Source: Calcarisporiella thermophila CBS 279.70
Lineage: Eukaryota; Fungi; Calcarisporiellomycota
Assembly (NCBI RefSeq): GCF_041956535.1
Contig: NW_027192193.1
Coordinates: 173,530-237,529, forward strand
DNA length: 64,000 nt
Direction of reading: 5' to 3'
A program made the translations under genes and the position numbers. Shown here piece by piece: positions 1 through 14,110 of this stretch. Positions within the stretch are counted from its first letter, which is position 1. Each line of letters starts with the position of its first letter. The notes under the pieces are model-generated. The model had not been told where the DNA came from. It searched no databases and saw nothing but the letters and a program-made list of their open reading frames with translations.

Positions 1-970
1 TGAGCGCCTTTTCGCCTCGGCCGACGGGGACCGAGACGGGAGGATCGACTGGGTGGAGTTTTCCAAGAGCGTGTCGCTCTCGAACCCCTTGGCTCACCCC
101 CTCTACCTTGCTCAGCCACAGATCACGCGGGAGGACCTCAAGGACTACGGTTTGATGGTCCGCCGAGTCACGGAGCTCTGTGACTTTGCGCGGACCTCCG
201 GGGTTCGAGTGATGGTGGATGCCGAGCAAAGCTACTTCCAAGATCTCATCGACGATCTTGTGCTTAGCCTTGCGCCCAGGTACAATCGCACCAGCAAGCC
301 CATCCTCTTCAACACGTACCAAATGTATCTTCGTAAGGGGCTTGCGAAGCTCAAGGCGCACTATGAGTTCGCCAAGCGGTCAGACTATGTGTTCGCAGGA
401 AAGTTGGTGCGAGGGGCGTACGTCTCGCTGGAGAGGAGACGGGCCAAGAGCCTGGGCCTGCCCGACCCCATCCAGCCCAACATCGAGGCCACCCATGCCT
501 CTTATGATGCCGGGGTGGAATTCCTGCTCAACGAGCTGGGGAGGGCCCGCGTACACGGCAAAGTGCCCGCGGTGTTGATGGTCGCATCGCACAATCAGAG
601 CTCGGTCCTCCGGGCGCTTGAGGGCCTACAGCGGAACCAGGTTGCACCCGATTCAGGGCTGGTGTTCTTTGGGCAACTCATGGGCATGTCGGATCAGATG
701 TCGTATTCGCTGGGAAGAATGGGGTACAGCATTTTCAAAGTGGTGGTGAGTATCCTACCTGAGATTGATGTTCAGAAGTTTGCCTTGGCTTGACTAACGA
801 TGTCTATGGAACTCTGTATTTAGCCCTACGGTCGACTCACGGATGTCATCCCGTACCTGCTTCGTCGGCTAGAGGAGAATTCGTCGGCCCTTGCTCCAGC
901 GGCCATAGAGCGTAAGCGATTGGGCAAAGAAATCGTCTCTCGTTTGATGCCTTTCCAGGCGACCCCTTGA
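1..970 (+). CDS. PUT1: Proline dehydrogenase, 3' part (gene starts before the window); exons <1-745 and 824-970
   Basis: Motifs VMVDAEQSYFQ, FNTYQMYLR, GKLVRGAY, MVASHN, FGQLMGMSD. Splicing the intron 746-823 (GTGAG...CTAAC...TAG) restores FKVVPYGRLTDVIPYLLRRLEEN; TGA at 968-970. Confidence 0.93.
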
Positions 971-1065
971 CTCTGCTCTTCAAGGTGAGGTATAGGACGG
1001 TGAGATTGCCCCGGATTATGTATTTACTATGAGTTGATGACATATGTATGTGCGAGTGTGCTATG

Positions 1066-1090
1066 TATATATATATATATATATATATAT
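1066..1090. repeat. (TA)n microsatellite downstream of PUT1
   Basis: About 12 perfect TA units. Confidence 0.9.
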
Positions 1091-2661
1091 CATCTTTCTT
1101 TACATATCTACACTGTAATAAAAGATAATGGAACCGATGAGTAAGGCCAATGGAATAAAGAGCAGTCTTCCCAACTCTGCCTGCCATAGTGCAGATTTTC
1201 TTGGGGGAGGGGATAAGAAGATTTTCAACGATTCACCAAGAGATAGGAAACTCGACCGGATTCAATATCCCGATATGCCTCCTTGCGGGATGGCACAGGG
1301 ACAGCATTCAAGCTTTCGTTCATGCACTGGTTTGGACTAGGTAAAGCAGGCAATCTTTAGCAGAGGATTGCGTAAGCAAGCACCCCCTCTCGAACACCCC
1401 TCGTAGCACTATGCCATTTCCCGCTATCCCATTTCACGAAGGTTAGATAAAAGGATCGGGCTACGTCAGCAGCCTTGAACAAATCGGAAAAGCGATTGGA
1501 GCATGGGTCCCTAGGACGCATATCAGAATGAGATCTTGCATGACCGATTGAGAAGGACAGCCGTCTGCAACCGTTCTAGATCAGGGATGTGGTGCCCGTC
1601 ACCATTTCATATTGTTTTGTGTGTTTTTTCCTACGCAAAAACCCTAAAGGAATCCCCTATACCGGGCGTATGGGCAAGGGGGCTGGCTCCTGCATCTCTT
1701 CCCATGGCTGCACGCGCGTCATCATGAATAAATGGTTAGGGGGTGGGGGTGGGGAAGAGGATGCATAATGCCCCGAATCCAGTGGATGGTTTTTGCCAAT
1801 ATTTCATATGTTCCCAAATCCAGACGAGGACTTTCCGCTATCAGCCAGATCTGCGGGCTATTCCGGAAGAGTCTAGAGAGGGGAGGAGGAGGACGACGGA
1901 TCGCACTAGCGCCAATTCAAGCGCAGGGGTGTGCTAATGCAACCACGGGCCTAAAGTGAGGGCGAAGAAGGAATGTTCTGCGGGAAAGAGCCGGAGGGAA
2001 ACGTCATCGCGAGCCGCCGTCATTTCGATCAAGGCCAGAGGAGAGGGGCGAATTTGCTAGGGCACAAATCGGAGCGCATGCTTGCCTACGAAAATGCACA
2101 TATGAAACCACAAATGAAATTGGGCTCCTTTGGGGCCTCGGTTGCCACCAAAATCGGCCAAGCAAATGGGGCAAGGTTCTCTCCCAAGGCAAACTTTCAC
2201 CTGCAAATTCACCTGACCGCTCTCTGCCCTCCAGCGCCATGCATCCTCGCCCGCCCCTCCTCTTTTATCACAAGGCGGCCCGTCCGCGTGGCGCAGGCGG
2301 GCCCCATTTTTCTCAGCTCCAGCATTGGGAGCAGGTTTGTATTCAAATAAGATTAGTTTGGTGACGGGGAATTTCCCTTTAAACTTTCCTTCCTACTGCT
2401 TCCCCCTCCTCCTCCGCCTCCTTCCTCCTCCTTCTCCTCCTCCTCTTCTCTCTCCCTCTCTCTCCCCCATCTCGCCCGCGTCCTCCTGATCACTCGCATT
2501 GTTAGAAATCCGCAAAAGACTTGATCCAAATCGTGCGCATTCTCCTCCCCTCCCATTCGGTCGTTTCCCCTGATCTCCCTCTCTCTCTTTTCATACACCA
2601 TCATATACCATCAACTCATTGCTGCACTTTACCACTCTTGCTCTCTCCAAAACCCTCCACC

Positions 2662-3513
2662 ATGAACCCGCCAGACGCTGGCTTGGCTCCTGAAAAGCGG
2701 CGCAGCACGCTCTGGCAAAAAGGCGGGCAATTCTTCGCTCGTCGAGCCAATTCCCCCGCCCAAAACACCGGCGGCGAAAAATTAAATGCCGCCCATCTTC
2801 CGGCCTCCCCCACATCCTCAACCGATTCGCCCGTCCCGTTTCTTATATTGCCGGGCGAGCGCAAGGGCACATTTCTAGATTCCTCTAAGCCAGATCTACT
2901 CTTCCGCCTCAATCGCTATCTACAGCAGCAACAGCAGCTGCAGCTGGAGAACCGACAGCCCGCCCCTCCCGGGAATGGTAGACTAGCTCCGGAAGCTTCG
3001 GGATTTTCCACAGCGTCTGAAAGGTCCGTGTCGCCTGTATCTACGCTCCGCCCCCCCGCATCGAGGCCTGCAACTCCATCCTCCATGGCGTATATCTATC
3101 CCACCACCCCAGGATCAACGGTGCGCCAAACGCCTATTGTGGGCCGAAAATTAAAGCTGCCGGATTTTCCGGTGCGGCTTCAGTGCCCGCATTGCTATGC
3201 GGTGGTGACCAGCGAGGTGGAGGCCCGGAATGGATCGATGGTGTGGCTGGCCTCCTTTGGGCTGTGAGTATCGCGCCTTTGACATGATGGCGGCTGCTGC
3301 GAAAGGCTGATTTAGCTCTACTTTTTTAGGCTTGTTTTTACGGTTGTGTTGGCATGGGTGCCCTTCGTCGTGGACGCTTTCAAAGGTAGGCTGACTTGGT
3401 TTTTTTTTCTTTATCCCATCGGAGCGATTTGTTTATTTTCCTGGACTCTCCTAGACGTGGTGCATTCATGTCCAAAATGCCATGAGCGCATTGCCCGCAT
3501 TCATAGGCTCTAG
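2662..3513 (+). CDS. LITAF-like zinc-ribbon membrane-associated protein; exons 2662-3263, 3330-3385, 3455-3513
   Basis: Pro/Ser-rich N-terminus, then PVRLQCPHC, a hydrophobic stretch (VWLASFGLLVFTVVLAWVPFVVDAFK) and DVVHSCPKCHERI after joining two GT-AG introns. This is the classic LITAF CxxC/HxCxxC layout. Confidence 0.88.
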
Positions 3514-4061
3514 AGCATTCAACATAGCATACCGAGACTATTATGAATATAATTATATCAAATCTATATATCATTGTAAACTTCGTCTTATCCAGTTTTG
3601 TTTTTATACTATTTCTTTGAGTTGGCTTGCTGCTGTGAGTCGGAGAGAAGGGCATCGGACATTGCATCCCTCTCGCTGACACCCCCTCTTTCTTCGTCTA
3701 TTTGCTGTGCTCTCCTCTTGCCCACAGCGCACTGTTGTAGTTGAAAATGGAATTTCCGGGCCGGAATATTTACCCCATACTTCTTGAAGTATTCTATTTG
3801 TCACCAAATGGTTATTGTATCCACCTGTATTTCCCCTCCCTTAACTAACCCCCTCTTTCTCTTAAGTATATGGAGAATAAACAAAGCTTGTTGTGTACAG
3901 AGGGCCGTGGATCCGTGGCGCCGGGTGCTGTTTCCGGAAATGGGCGAAGAGCGTCGCTGCAGGCCCTGGAGAGGCTAAACCACACACGCGGTTTCTTATT
4001 TTAATTTTCACGGTTTCCAAAAATTTCATTCGATTGTTGGACGGGGTCCTGATTGGAGGGC

Positions 4062-4106
4062 ACGCGTCCAATTCAAGGTTGGCAGGGAATTTTTTGAGGA
4101 ACGCGT
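4062..4106. promoter_or_regulatory. Two MCB-type ACGCGT elements upstream of kinesin-8
   Basis: ACGCGT at 4062-4067 and 4101-4106, about 410-450 bp before the ATG. Function inferred from the fungal MluI cell-cycle box. Confidence 0.45.
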
Positions 4107-4516
4107 TCACGACTTGACTTTCTCCCATTGTGATTGTTTTCTAATTTCCTTTGTTGTTTACCCTTGGGGCCCCCACGCTGTACTATCTTTATTCCTATAT
4201 TACACTTCTCCAGGCTACCTCCCGTGTATGAAGAAGGTGTGAGCCCTATTTTGATTGATGAGAACGAGCGATTTGCAGGGCCAAATTTAGAGCGCAGTTG
4301 ATTTCTATATATCGATCCTGTTATCCTTCCCATTGTTCCCTCTCCATTTTGTTTCCCAAAGGCCTCTCTGTACTGAACGCACACAGCGGCAGAGGAGCTA
4401 ACTAGTCAAGGGGCTCTTTGCCATAATAGCCGTTTTATCCCGTACCCACTCTCTATATAGTATATCTTGATTGTATTTATCGCCTTGATTGATCTTATAT
4501 CCTTCGGAACATCACG

Positions 4517-7500
4517 ATGCTCGGCTTAGAGGAAAACGCGGCTGATCAAATTCAACAGCCACAGGAGTCGGCCATATTAGTAGCAGGTTGTTTTGCAGCG
4601 CTTACCGCCTTAACTACTCATGCCATGTCTTGTTAACCTCTTCTCCTCCCTCTCTCCCTCCTCCCCCTGTCTTTTGTGTAGTCCGTGTGCGACCTCTCAA
4701 TGAAAAAGAACTAATCCAACTCCATAATGCCCGCATGACTCCTGGTCAATCGCAAAATGCTCAATTCCGTAAAATAATTCATGTTCTCGACAAAAATGTA
4801 CTCGTCTTCGACCCCCCTTACGATGCAGACGAGGACAACCCAAATTGGAACCAGTACCAAAAAGCACTCTCAAAAAAAGAGGAGCGATATGGAATAGGAT
4901 CCAGGCGGTGTAAGGATGTGAGATTTGCATTTGATAGAGTCTTTGGTGAAGAAACCCAGCAGGAAGAGGTGAGTCAACCAGCATTCCTAGCCATCTTTGG
5001 GGCTGTGATTATCCCGTTGGTACTCCACGGGCGGGTGGATCCAAATTCTCATGCTCTCTCTGGCTTATTTTATTACTGCAAACTAGGTGTTTGAGAATAC
5101 TACAAAGGGCCTGATCGATGGCGTGTTGAATGGCTTCAATTCAACGGTGTTCGCGTATGGGGCAACGGGATGCGGCAAGACCCACACCATCAGCGGGACT
5201 CCAGAAAAGCCAGGGATTATCTTTCTAACCATGCGTGAACTCTTTCAACGAATCGAGGAGTGTGCCGACGAGAAAATCGTGCAGATATCCCTCTCCTATC
5301 TCGAGATATACAATGAGCAGATCCGGGATTTGCTTATCAACAACCAGAAGCCGTTGGCGATTCGCGAAGACGAGAAAAAGCGGGTGATTGTGGCTGGGCT
5401 GAGCGAGCATCACCCCAAGGACGTCACCGAGGTCATGAACATGATCCTGAAGGGGAATGCCAATCGGACCATGTCGCCCACCGAGGCCAACGCCACCTCC
5501 TCCCGCTCCCACGCCGTCCTGCAGATCCACGTGAAACAGCGACCCCGGACGGCCGGAGTAAGCGAAGATTTCACCCTGGCCACGCTGAGCCTAATCGATT
5601 TGGCGGGAAGCGAGCGTGCGTCGGTGACCAAGAACAGGGGAGAGCGGTTGCTGGAAGGGGCCAACATCAACCGGTCTCTGCTCGGTAAGTTCACTGCTCT
5701 GCACAGCAGACCTTTTTCTCGTCACTCACCGGGGTGTGATGCACTCTCTAGCTCTCGGCAACTGCATCAACGCCCTCTGCGACGACACTAAGAAGCACCA
5801 CATCCCCTACCGCGACAGCAAGCTCACTCGCCTCTTGAAGTTCTCCCTCGGAGGCAACTGCAAGACGGTGATGATCGTGTGTGTATCGCCCTCGTCGGCC
5901 CACTACGACGAGACCCATAACACCCTCAAGTATGCCAATCGTGCCAAGAATATCAAGACCAAGGTGCATCGCAACCTCATCAACGTCGATCGCCACGTGA
6001 GCCAGTATGTGAAGGCCATCTACGAGCTGCGGCAAGAGGTGGCCGATCTCAAGCGAAAGATCAAAGCTCTGGAGGAGAATGGGGCGGCCGAGGCCGCGAA
6101 GCGGCGGAGTGCCAGCGACCGGGCCGCGGAAGAGGTGGTGAAGAAGGTGCGGGTGTCTTACGAGAGCGCCCTGGCGAAGGAAATGGAGGCGGCTGCCGCG
6201 CAGGCGACGGTCGAGAATTTGCTGCTGCAGCTTGAAGCGCTCGAGCAGTGGATCGCGTCCTACGATGCCCACTCTGCAGAGGACGCGGCGACCAAGCGTG
6301 GCTATCGCGATACCGTGACGGCCTTAGTCATGGAGCTAGAGAGGCATCGCCAGGGAGCGGAGGCCGCCGCCATCTCGAGCCAGAAGAGCGCCGACGTCCA
6401 CTATACTGCAGCCATCAAAGTCGAGCAGGCGGTCAACGACCCGATATCTTTAGAGAGGCTTAACCTGGAGAAACAAAACCTGGAGCTGCAGGTGGAAAAT
6501 GCACGGCTTCAAAGTCAGCTCACGGTATTCCAGCAGACGGCCGCCACGATGGGCGAAGCGGTGAAGAGCTTGATGGCTGCGAATGGCGCATGTCTTGCGG
6601 GGATGAAGCAAGCCATTGATGCCCAGGGTGATGACGGCGTTCGCGGATATTTGGACGGGGTATACAGGGCGTGCATTACGGCGATAACCGAGGCGACAGG
6701 GCGCCAAATGGGACTACAGGGCCTACTGCAGTACGAAGGCATGGGCGTGGTGGATTTTGCTGGGGGGCAAGTTTGGCAAGCGCCACAACAGAAACAGCCT
6801 CTCACCTCACGGTCACACCAGCAATCACAGCAGCGGCAGCGGCGCCACAGTGCTTTGCCCTCTACGCTTGGGAACATTCGCCGCACTCCTTCTGGCCCGG
6901 ACGTCCATGGACGATTCCAACCCCGGCCCACGCGAGTCCATTCCCCCGCCAAGCGAAGACCCATCTTCAATCACGTAGCAAGTCGGCCGCAACTGAGCGC
7001 GCTCTCCTCTTCCTCCTCCTCGGCTACCTCCACTGGCCATGGTACCGGAGCTGGAGCTGGGGCTGTCGGCGTTTCTGCCGCCACTCCCATATCTGGTGCA
7101 GGCACTAATGGGCTTTCTGGCGGAGCCCAGCGCAGATTGGCCAGTACGGGACGCAGTTCAGCTGGCTCTACCGCGTCGTCTGTCACGGAAGCACGGCCTA
7201 ATGGCGAGCAGAAGTTGAGCCCCAGTAAACGGCGTAGTGAGCGCCTGGCGACCAAGCGGACCGGCACTAAAAGGCAAAAAACAAGCGTGCTCGAGGATGT
7301 GCCTGAAGTGGTCGAGGACGAGTACGAGGGCGAGGAAGCGGCCGATGAGTGGAGCGTGGGAGATGAAACGGACAGCCTCATAGCGTCAGCGGCATCCGTC
7401 AACGGCAACGGCAAACCCCACTTACGGGCGGGGATTCTGACACGATCCCAGCAAGCACCGCCGAATGACCAGCTGCCACCACAGCCTCCGGCCGCGAAGA

Positions 7501-8087
7501 AAACGGTCACTTTTGTTGACGAGATCCAGGAATCGATGGCGGTGGCATCGGCCGCCATCACGGGCACATCGCCGGAGGTTATCGAGGAAAACCAGATTCT
7601 CGTGACGCCGAAGAGAGCCCGCCGCGATTCAGGGGGTGGGCCGATCCGGAGTGGCCGCAAGCGCCGATCACTTATCCCCATCGCGCCGCCGAGTGTTGGC
7701 CGCAATGGTGTGAGCCGCGGAAAAGAGAATGTGCAGGAGCAGGCGTTGGAGGGGGAGAGAAGCACAAAGCACAGCTCAAGAAGCTCATTGGACCCCGGGA
7801 AACCTCACCGTAGCTCGATGATGGCCATCCTGGGAACGGCAAGGCCGCGAAGGAGGCAAACCATCTCGGGGAACGACAATGGCGAGCAGCCGCAGTCCCA
7901 GCAGCAGACATCTAGCCAGGGGAGCAAGTCGACGAGCACGTGGAATCCCGGGAGGCCGCTGCGGATCACCTCCGCCGCTTCCCTGGTCAGCGATCTGGGG
8001 ATCAAAGGATTGCCAAGCGTGGACAGCAATGGCGGGGCAGCCATCCGAGGAAAACAAACGGACGGAAAGAAGCCACATTGGCGCTAA
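4517..8087 (+). CDS. KIP3: Kinesin-8 family motor (Kip3/Klp5/6-like), multi-exon
   Basis: ATG at 4517 (MLGLEEN...ESAILVA|VRVRPL), [15 protein letters not shown]-loop [74 protein letters not shown], then a coiled coil and a long low-complexity tail. Confidence 0.93.
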
Positions 8088-8924
8088 GGCAGCTGGTACG
8101 TGGAGTGGATGTACTCTGACATCCTCTATCTCCTCCCCCTCTTACACTCTTGGCGTCGATATCTTAGCGCGCCGCGTTATATCCTAGAGGATTTCCTTTT
8201 AAATTCTGTTTGCATAATTATACATATTTCCTTGTGTAAAAGTTCTCATATTTCTTTTTTATTTTTTTTTTCTTTATTCTTTCGAGTGTCTTTATATTTT
8301 TTTTACTCTCATATATTATCTTTTTTTTTTCCCTCTTCCTTTAAATAATACCAGCTTTCTTCCATTAGCTTTTACGACATTATTGGAATACAGAGTAGGG
8401 AAATGATTACATTTGTATATCGTATGAGAATAGAGGGAAAAGTAAGTCGAATCATGTGGGTCCAATTGCCTATCGAAATAGAGTGCGCCATTAGAATATT
8501 CGAAAACCCTATTCTTCCTTCTCCTAACGATTCCTCATCAAAGAGCACCGAGACTGACACATCCGCTAGTTTAATAGCGATTGTATCTCCCTTGCGCCAT
8601 CCATCGGCTTGCACATGCTTTTCTGGGAACGGCAACCTCATCGCTTGTACGTGGCTACGCCCTCCAAAATCGACCAAAGCCCTTTCTTCCCTGGCCTCGG
8701 TCAATCCCGAGCATCGAGCTTTTACACACTCCGAAAATGGAATACAGTTTATTTCGAGGTATGCGTTGAAATCCGGTCGGTTGACTCCACTCCATTCATT
8801 CTTACTCTCTACATTGTTGCCATGTCCATTCGATGGTGTGTCTTTTTGCTGTTACTATTAGGGCTGGTAGGAGAAAGCGTCGAGCAATTCTTTACTCAGC
8901 GACTCGCCGTAGGTTGTGGGTTAA

Positions 8925-10858
8925 ATGGAGATGACATATATTGTAAGTCCTTTCTCTGCACTTCTCCTCCCCTTGCTTTTCTTCCGCTGCTTAGTCCTGG
9001 CACACGGGCCATTCCATTTTTCAGCTCGAGACACTCACTATGATTTCCCCCCCCCCTCTCACCCCTCTCTCTATCACGCTTTAGGCTATGGAGGTGCGTC
9101 TCCAGAGAATATAGAGCAAATGGATGTGGTCAAACTCACCCTTGAGCAGCCGGAACCGTTCAACGTATCCCGCGCTCCCTGGCGCATCCTCCCAACCCCA
9201 ACGCTGCCGTCGGCTAGTTGGAATTATGCCAAGGTGGTCAATGGCCATTTATTGATCATGGAAGGGTCGATTCAAAGTGGTGACCGAGTCATCGATTATG
9301 ACATCAAGAACGATGCTTGGACCTTCCCCAAGCAGCTCGGGACTCTCCCACTTCGAACCACCATGGGAGCTGTCGACACCGACGGGAAGGTGGTCTATCT
9401 GTCAGGGGGGATAGTCGATGAAGTGACAAATAAGACCTACCCCAAGGATAAGTTCGAGGGAGTGGCCACCATGAGCGTGTACAACCCGGCCACAGCCACA
9501 TGGACGCAATTGCGCAGCGCTTGGAGCCCAACCTACCAGCACAGCATGAACATCCTGCAGGACGGGAGACTCTTGGTCATTGGAGGTCTGCTCTATACAC
9601 CTTCGACCAAAGAACAGTATGCCGCTAAGAGGTGAGTCGAGAGAGCCCCGGATCTTCCCCCTCTTTGTATGGTGCGGTACTAATCACTTTATCGCCCCTC
9701 TACCCCCTGCTCTCTATCCACTCAAAGCCTTGACACCGTCGACGTTTATGATCCAAAAACTCAGTCGTGGCAGAGTTTGGTAACTAGATCCTCCAGCTAG
9801 TCAAATTCTATAAAGTCTGACTTGTTCATTACATCCATCCTCCTAGCCGACTCAAGGGTTTAAGAATCAGACGCGCATTGGCCATTCTGCGGTGACGAGT
9901 AAGTACCCCTCAAGGTTGGATTGACTCTCCCCCATCGTAGAGCTGACTCTATACTCCCGTCAAACAGTGGGAAATAAAATCCTGGTGTATGGAGGTTCGA
10001 CTTATGTATGTATGCCTGTTGGCCATTGGAAGCAGTTTATTGCCTCTCTAACCCCCCACTTATCGCCAGGATGGCATCCTCGCTTCCCCCGACATGTTGC
10101 TCCTCGACCTGTCCACGTCCCCGTACACCTGGACTATTCCCTCGGTAGCCAATTCTCCCAAACCTCGCCAGCTTCATAACGCCTTTTATTATCGGGACAG
10201 GTACATGGTCGTCGCCTTTGGTATGACGGACAGTACACAAGGTCAAATCAGACCGGCCATACCGGACCTACTCGTCCTGGATTCCAAGGAATGGTCGTGG
10301 CTAGATACATTTAGCCCTGCAACGGGAGGACAGCCAGCCCCACCCAATCCAAAGACCACTGCTACCCCTGCGACCGAGAAGAGTGATGGTCCCCGCCCGA
10401 GTTCGGATGAAAATAGGCTCGCGATTGGCTTAGGAGCTGGCCTGGGAGGGGGTGGCCTCTTGCTTGGCGGGTGCGGCCTTCTCGTTTTTGTATTGAGCCG
10501 GCGGCGCAGAAGAAAGCGCGGCGGAAGACGCAACTCCACCTTTAGAACTATCGAGCCTGGTGAGGATCGGCCTGATCTTACTCAAGCCAATCCATTTTAC
10601 TTGCAGACATACAACTCATCCCAGCCTCACTTCGCGCCTTTCAACGCTTCCGTCCAGACTTTAAACGAGAAGCTGAATGAGGCAGACGTCGACAGAAAAA
10701 TTTCAGGGACGTTGCCCACCCTATTGAAGAACAAATTAGATATTCCTGAGGCGAACCCGGCTCCTGGATGGAAACCCGACGAGGTGATAGAGGCCCCGCT
10801 CGTGTCTCCTTCGTCTAATTCGCTGCAGTATAAGAAGCCGGACGAGCGGCATCAATAG
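8925..10858 (+). CDS. Kelch-repeat (beta-propeller) type I membrane protein, multi-exon
   Basis: Hydrophobic N-terminus; kelch-like units VYLSGG...VYNPATATW, HSMNILQDGRLLVIGG...VYDPKTQSW, RIGHSAV...KILVYGG, PRQLHNA...MVVAFG; P/T-rich stalk; TM LAIGLGAGLGGGGLLLGGCGLLVFVL followed by RRRRRKR; cytosolic tail. Confidence 0.8.
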
Positions 10859-11827
10859 GTTTGGTATTTCCTCATTTCTTTTTATTTAAATTGCTTTCTC
10901 CGCCTAATGGGACTTATTCTCATCCTCATCCTCATACTTTATGTCTCTCCTTAAGACTGGGATATTCTGGCCCCATCTCTATCCCCCTACTTGTATTTAT
11001 TACTATTATCTCCATTGAACTAATAAATCTTTTCGGATGGGCATGGCCTTTCTAATTGAATTCTTTCTCTCTTGATATCGATAGGGAGGATTGTCTGTAT
11101 TCGATACTTGGGCCACAACATAACGTCAGGAGTTGAAAAGTTCGAACAGTGTGTGAGCGAGTGAATGTGCCAATAGCGCCAATCTATAGGATGTAGGGAT
11201 AAGACTAGAAGATATTTGATAAATTTTTTTTTGGTCGAGCGAGTTGATATGCTAAGCAGAGTTTCGGCATCCAACTCAAATGAGCACTATCCTTATTTTT
11301 ACATCGTCAGAGGAAAGGCTCAAACCCTTTGGACCTATAGATATGTATGGGCGAAAATTGGCAAGGCAAGATGGTTTAATAATAATTAACATAGGCACTA
11401 ATAGACGCGAACAGTGAAAAGGGAGAATCCAGGATGCTGCACAGGCAAAAGTAAAAAGAAAAACATAGAAAGATATATAATCAGGGCAGCATTGAAGAAT
11501 TGAGATATATAGTCCATCAATACGTCAATCGATCGTCGAAAACAATAAATATTACTCGCGTTCCAAACAATAGGCAAAAAAAAAGTAAGGTCCAGCATTG
11601 AATCGAGAGAAGGTATGCTCAAACTGTCGAGAGAGTGATAGAACGAAATGAGAAGGCGGCACGTTTTTAACAGAAAGTAGGTAAAGGGAACACAAAAAAA
11701 CAAAAAAATATGAGAAACGTATAGGGTATATAAAGAAATTGCATTTATATATAGAGAGAGAAAAGAAGAGAGATATATAATAATTTACAGGGGGGAGGGA
11801 ACAAGCGAAAGTCAAGCCAAAGTTGAT

Positions 11828-12108
11828 TTAGCACAATAAGGTATCGAAACTCATTTTTTGGGAGAGAGGGTTTTGTTCAGATGGTTCGGAAGTAGCGGGT
11901 GGGGAGGCTGCAGGGATACGCGCGGAATTTAATGAGCTCGCACCGGAATCCGAGGAGAGGACGGCGGCTCTGGATTCAGAGGTAGTAGAATAGGTATTGA
12001 TCGAGAGCGGGGGGGAAAGGAGGTTCGAAACCGCCAAGGAGGAGGCAACGGGGGCCAGTTTCTGCGGCTTAGCATCTGAGTGGTGGAGGAGAGAGGGGTG
12101 GGGGGGAA

Positions 12109-12139
<31 letters not shown>

Positions 12140-14110
12140 TTGTTGCTGTTGCTGTAGTGGTAGTAGGAGTGGTTGCTGTTGCTGTTGTTGTTGAGGTAAT
12201 TGAGTTTGACGGGGAAGCGGAAGCGATTTGCTTGACCTGTACCGCCCATCGTCTAGTATAGGAGGAGGCGGTATAAGGGGCGGCTCATTTGCGGTTCTCC
12301 AGTGTGATAACCGCAGCCCTAATCCGTCCGCGCCCACATCTGTGGTGGAGGTGAAGTGGGCCCGTGGATTCTGGTTCGGGTGAGGTTGCTCTGCGCCCCA
12401 CGGGACGTGCACCTGTGCCAGATGGGTTGACGCGGGTGGGGTCCTCGGCAGCCCGGAAGAGGAGGAGGAAGAAGTGCAAAACGGAGATAGGACGGTGGGG
12501 CTACTGCAGAGCACCTCAGGAGTCTTCCCCCCTGGTCGGAGGGGGCTGCTTCGAGGGGGGAAGAGGGGCGGAAGAAATTTGCTGTTTTCGAAGGAGAGTG
12601 GCTCATGACTTCGCTTCAGCAAGGATTTATCCGGCATGGGGATTCCAAATGGGAGCGTGGGCGCATCGTCAGAGGGCGAGATCCTGTGCTCATGGGAGGA
12701 GCGAATGCCGTGTTTTGGATTGTGGAATCCGGCTGGGTGGTGCGAGAATGGTGGCTTTTGAGGGGAAATATTTAAGGCTAGATGTGGCTGCTGTTCGTTG
12801 ATGACGGTGGAGGGGGAGGCCGGCTGATTTGTCACGCTGTTGGCACGCTCAAAGACGGCAATCGCGTACATTCTATCAACCGATTCTGGATTCCTCAAAT
12901 CCGCCCCCAATCCACCCCCGCCAATGGACATCTTCACCTCGAAAGGCTCATACACCTTATCCCTCCTCCTAATGTGAAGCACGTCTGCAAATTGGGGCGA
13001 GGAGTGGGCTGGCACGGACAGGATCGCGGGGTCATGGAGCTGGAAGGTCGAGGAAGACGAGAGCATGGGGCGAGGAGAGGCCGCCGAGGACGATGCGGAC
13101 GATGCACCGGCCACGAACGATGATTCATGGTGACGCGTCATTGCGATGGCGTCCAATAGCGATCTCTGGAGCCTGGAGAGACGCTCTCGATCGTCTGGCA
13201 TGATGAAGTCGTAGAAACTTCTATGCGCTAGCTCGAGAGGATAATAGCCCCATAGCTGGAATATTTCGTCGGACACTCGCGCGCAACACATATCCATGGC
13301 TAGATACATCGTGATGCATGCGTTTTCCTCCCTTGCTCTCCTGGCATGGCGATCACCCTGCGAAGTTGGAGATGGGCTAGCGCTGGTAGCTAGAGACGTG
13401 AATCCCGAGAAGGGCAGCGCGGAGCCCTCTTTTGATAGAGGAAAGGAGTAGGATCTTTGCTGCGGGTGTAGTTTGTGTTGTTGGATAGGGTGTGGGTGAA
13501 CCGGGGGATCCGTATTGAAGGGAGTGGGGGAGGTGGAGGAGAGCTGAACTCGCCTCTCTTTGCCCTTGGGCCGCCCTCGCTTCTTATGCTTGACATCAAT
13601 GCAAGTGTCAATACGCCCCAGCGCGATGCAGCGTTTGCACGGGCGAAACACTATGAGGCGAAGATAGAGTTTGAGAAGCAATCCATAACAAATCGAAATG
13701 AATGGAAAACGAAACGGCTCGTTCATCGACGCAAGAATACATGTTGAATAGGGAAGGGAGAAGGGGGAGGGGAGAAAAGCGATGCAGTATAGCCCCCATT
13801 GCCCATGACATGCCAGCTAGTAGATCACCCCCAACAACTGGTGGCAAAATGTGGAGGCATGATTGCAATAAAACAAATAATAATACTTACAATCGCAAGC
13901 AAGATGCGCCCGCTTACAATTAATGCACGCGCTAGGAACATGGGATTTTAATGGCCGTTTAGATAGTGGGTGCGAATGGGTAGAGGATCGATCTTCATTG
14001 TTGTCATCGTCCGGAAGCGGGGAGCTGGATGGCAAATTAATGGAGCGCTGGGAGATCTCTTGAACGATGTTGGAGCTGCTGTTAATTTCAGAGGAATGGA
14101 AGGATGACAT
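11828..14110 (-). CDS. Zn2Cys6 zinc-cluster transcription factor with PAS-like domain and poly-Q tract; 2 exons, intron about 13652-13890
   Basis: Spliced HVPSACINCKRAHLACD|LFRPCKRCIALGRIDTCIDVKHKKRGRPK. PAS-like ARVSDEIFQLWGYYPLELAHRSFYDFIMPDDRERL. C-terminal KMSFDTLL. Confidence 0.88.
12110..12193 (-). repeat. CAA/CAG trinucleotide repeats encoding poly-Q in the transcription factor
   Basis: (TTG/CTG)n on the + strand; translates as two Q runs. Confidence 0.9.

Noticed and set aside
1128-2604. Short ORFs between PUT1 and the LITAF gene
   Set aside because: Promoter/UTR-like, purine or pyrimidine low-complexity sequence with no protein signatures.
11997-12194. Poly-cysteine ORF on the + strand
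   Set aside because: Antisense shadow of the poly-Q repeat in the transcription factor.
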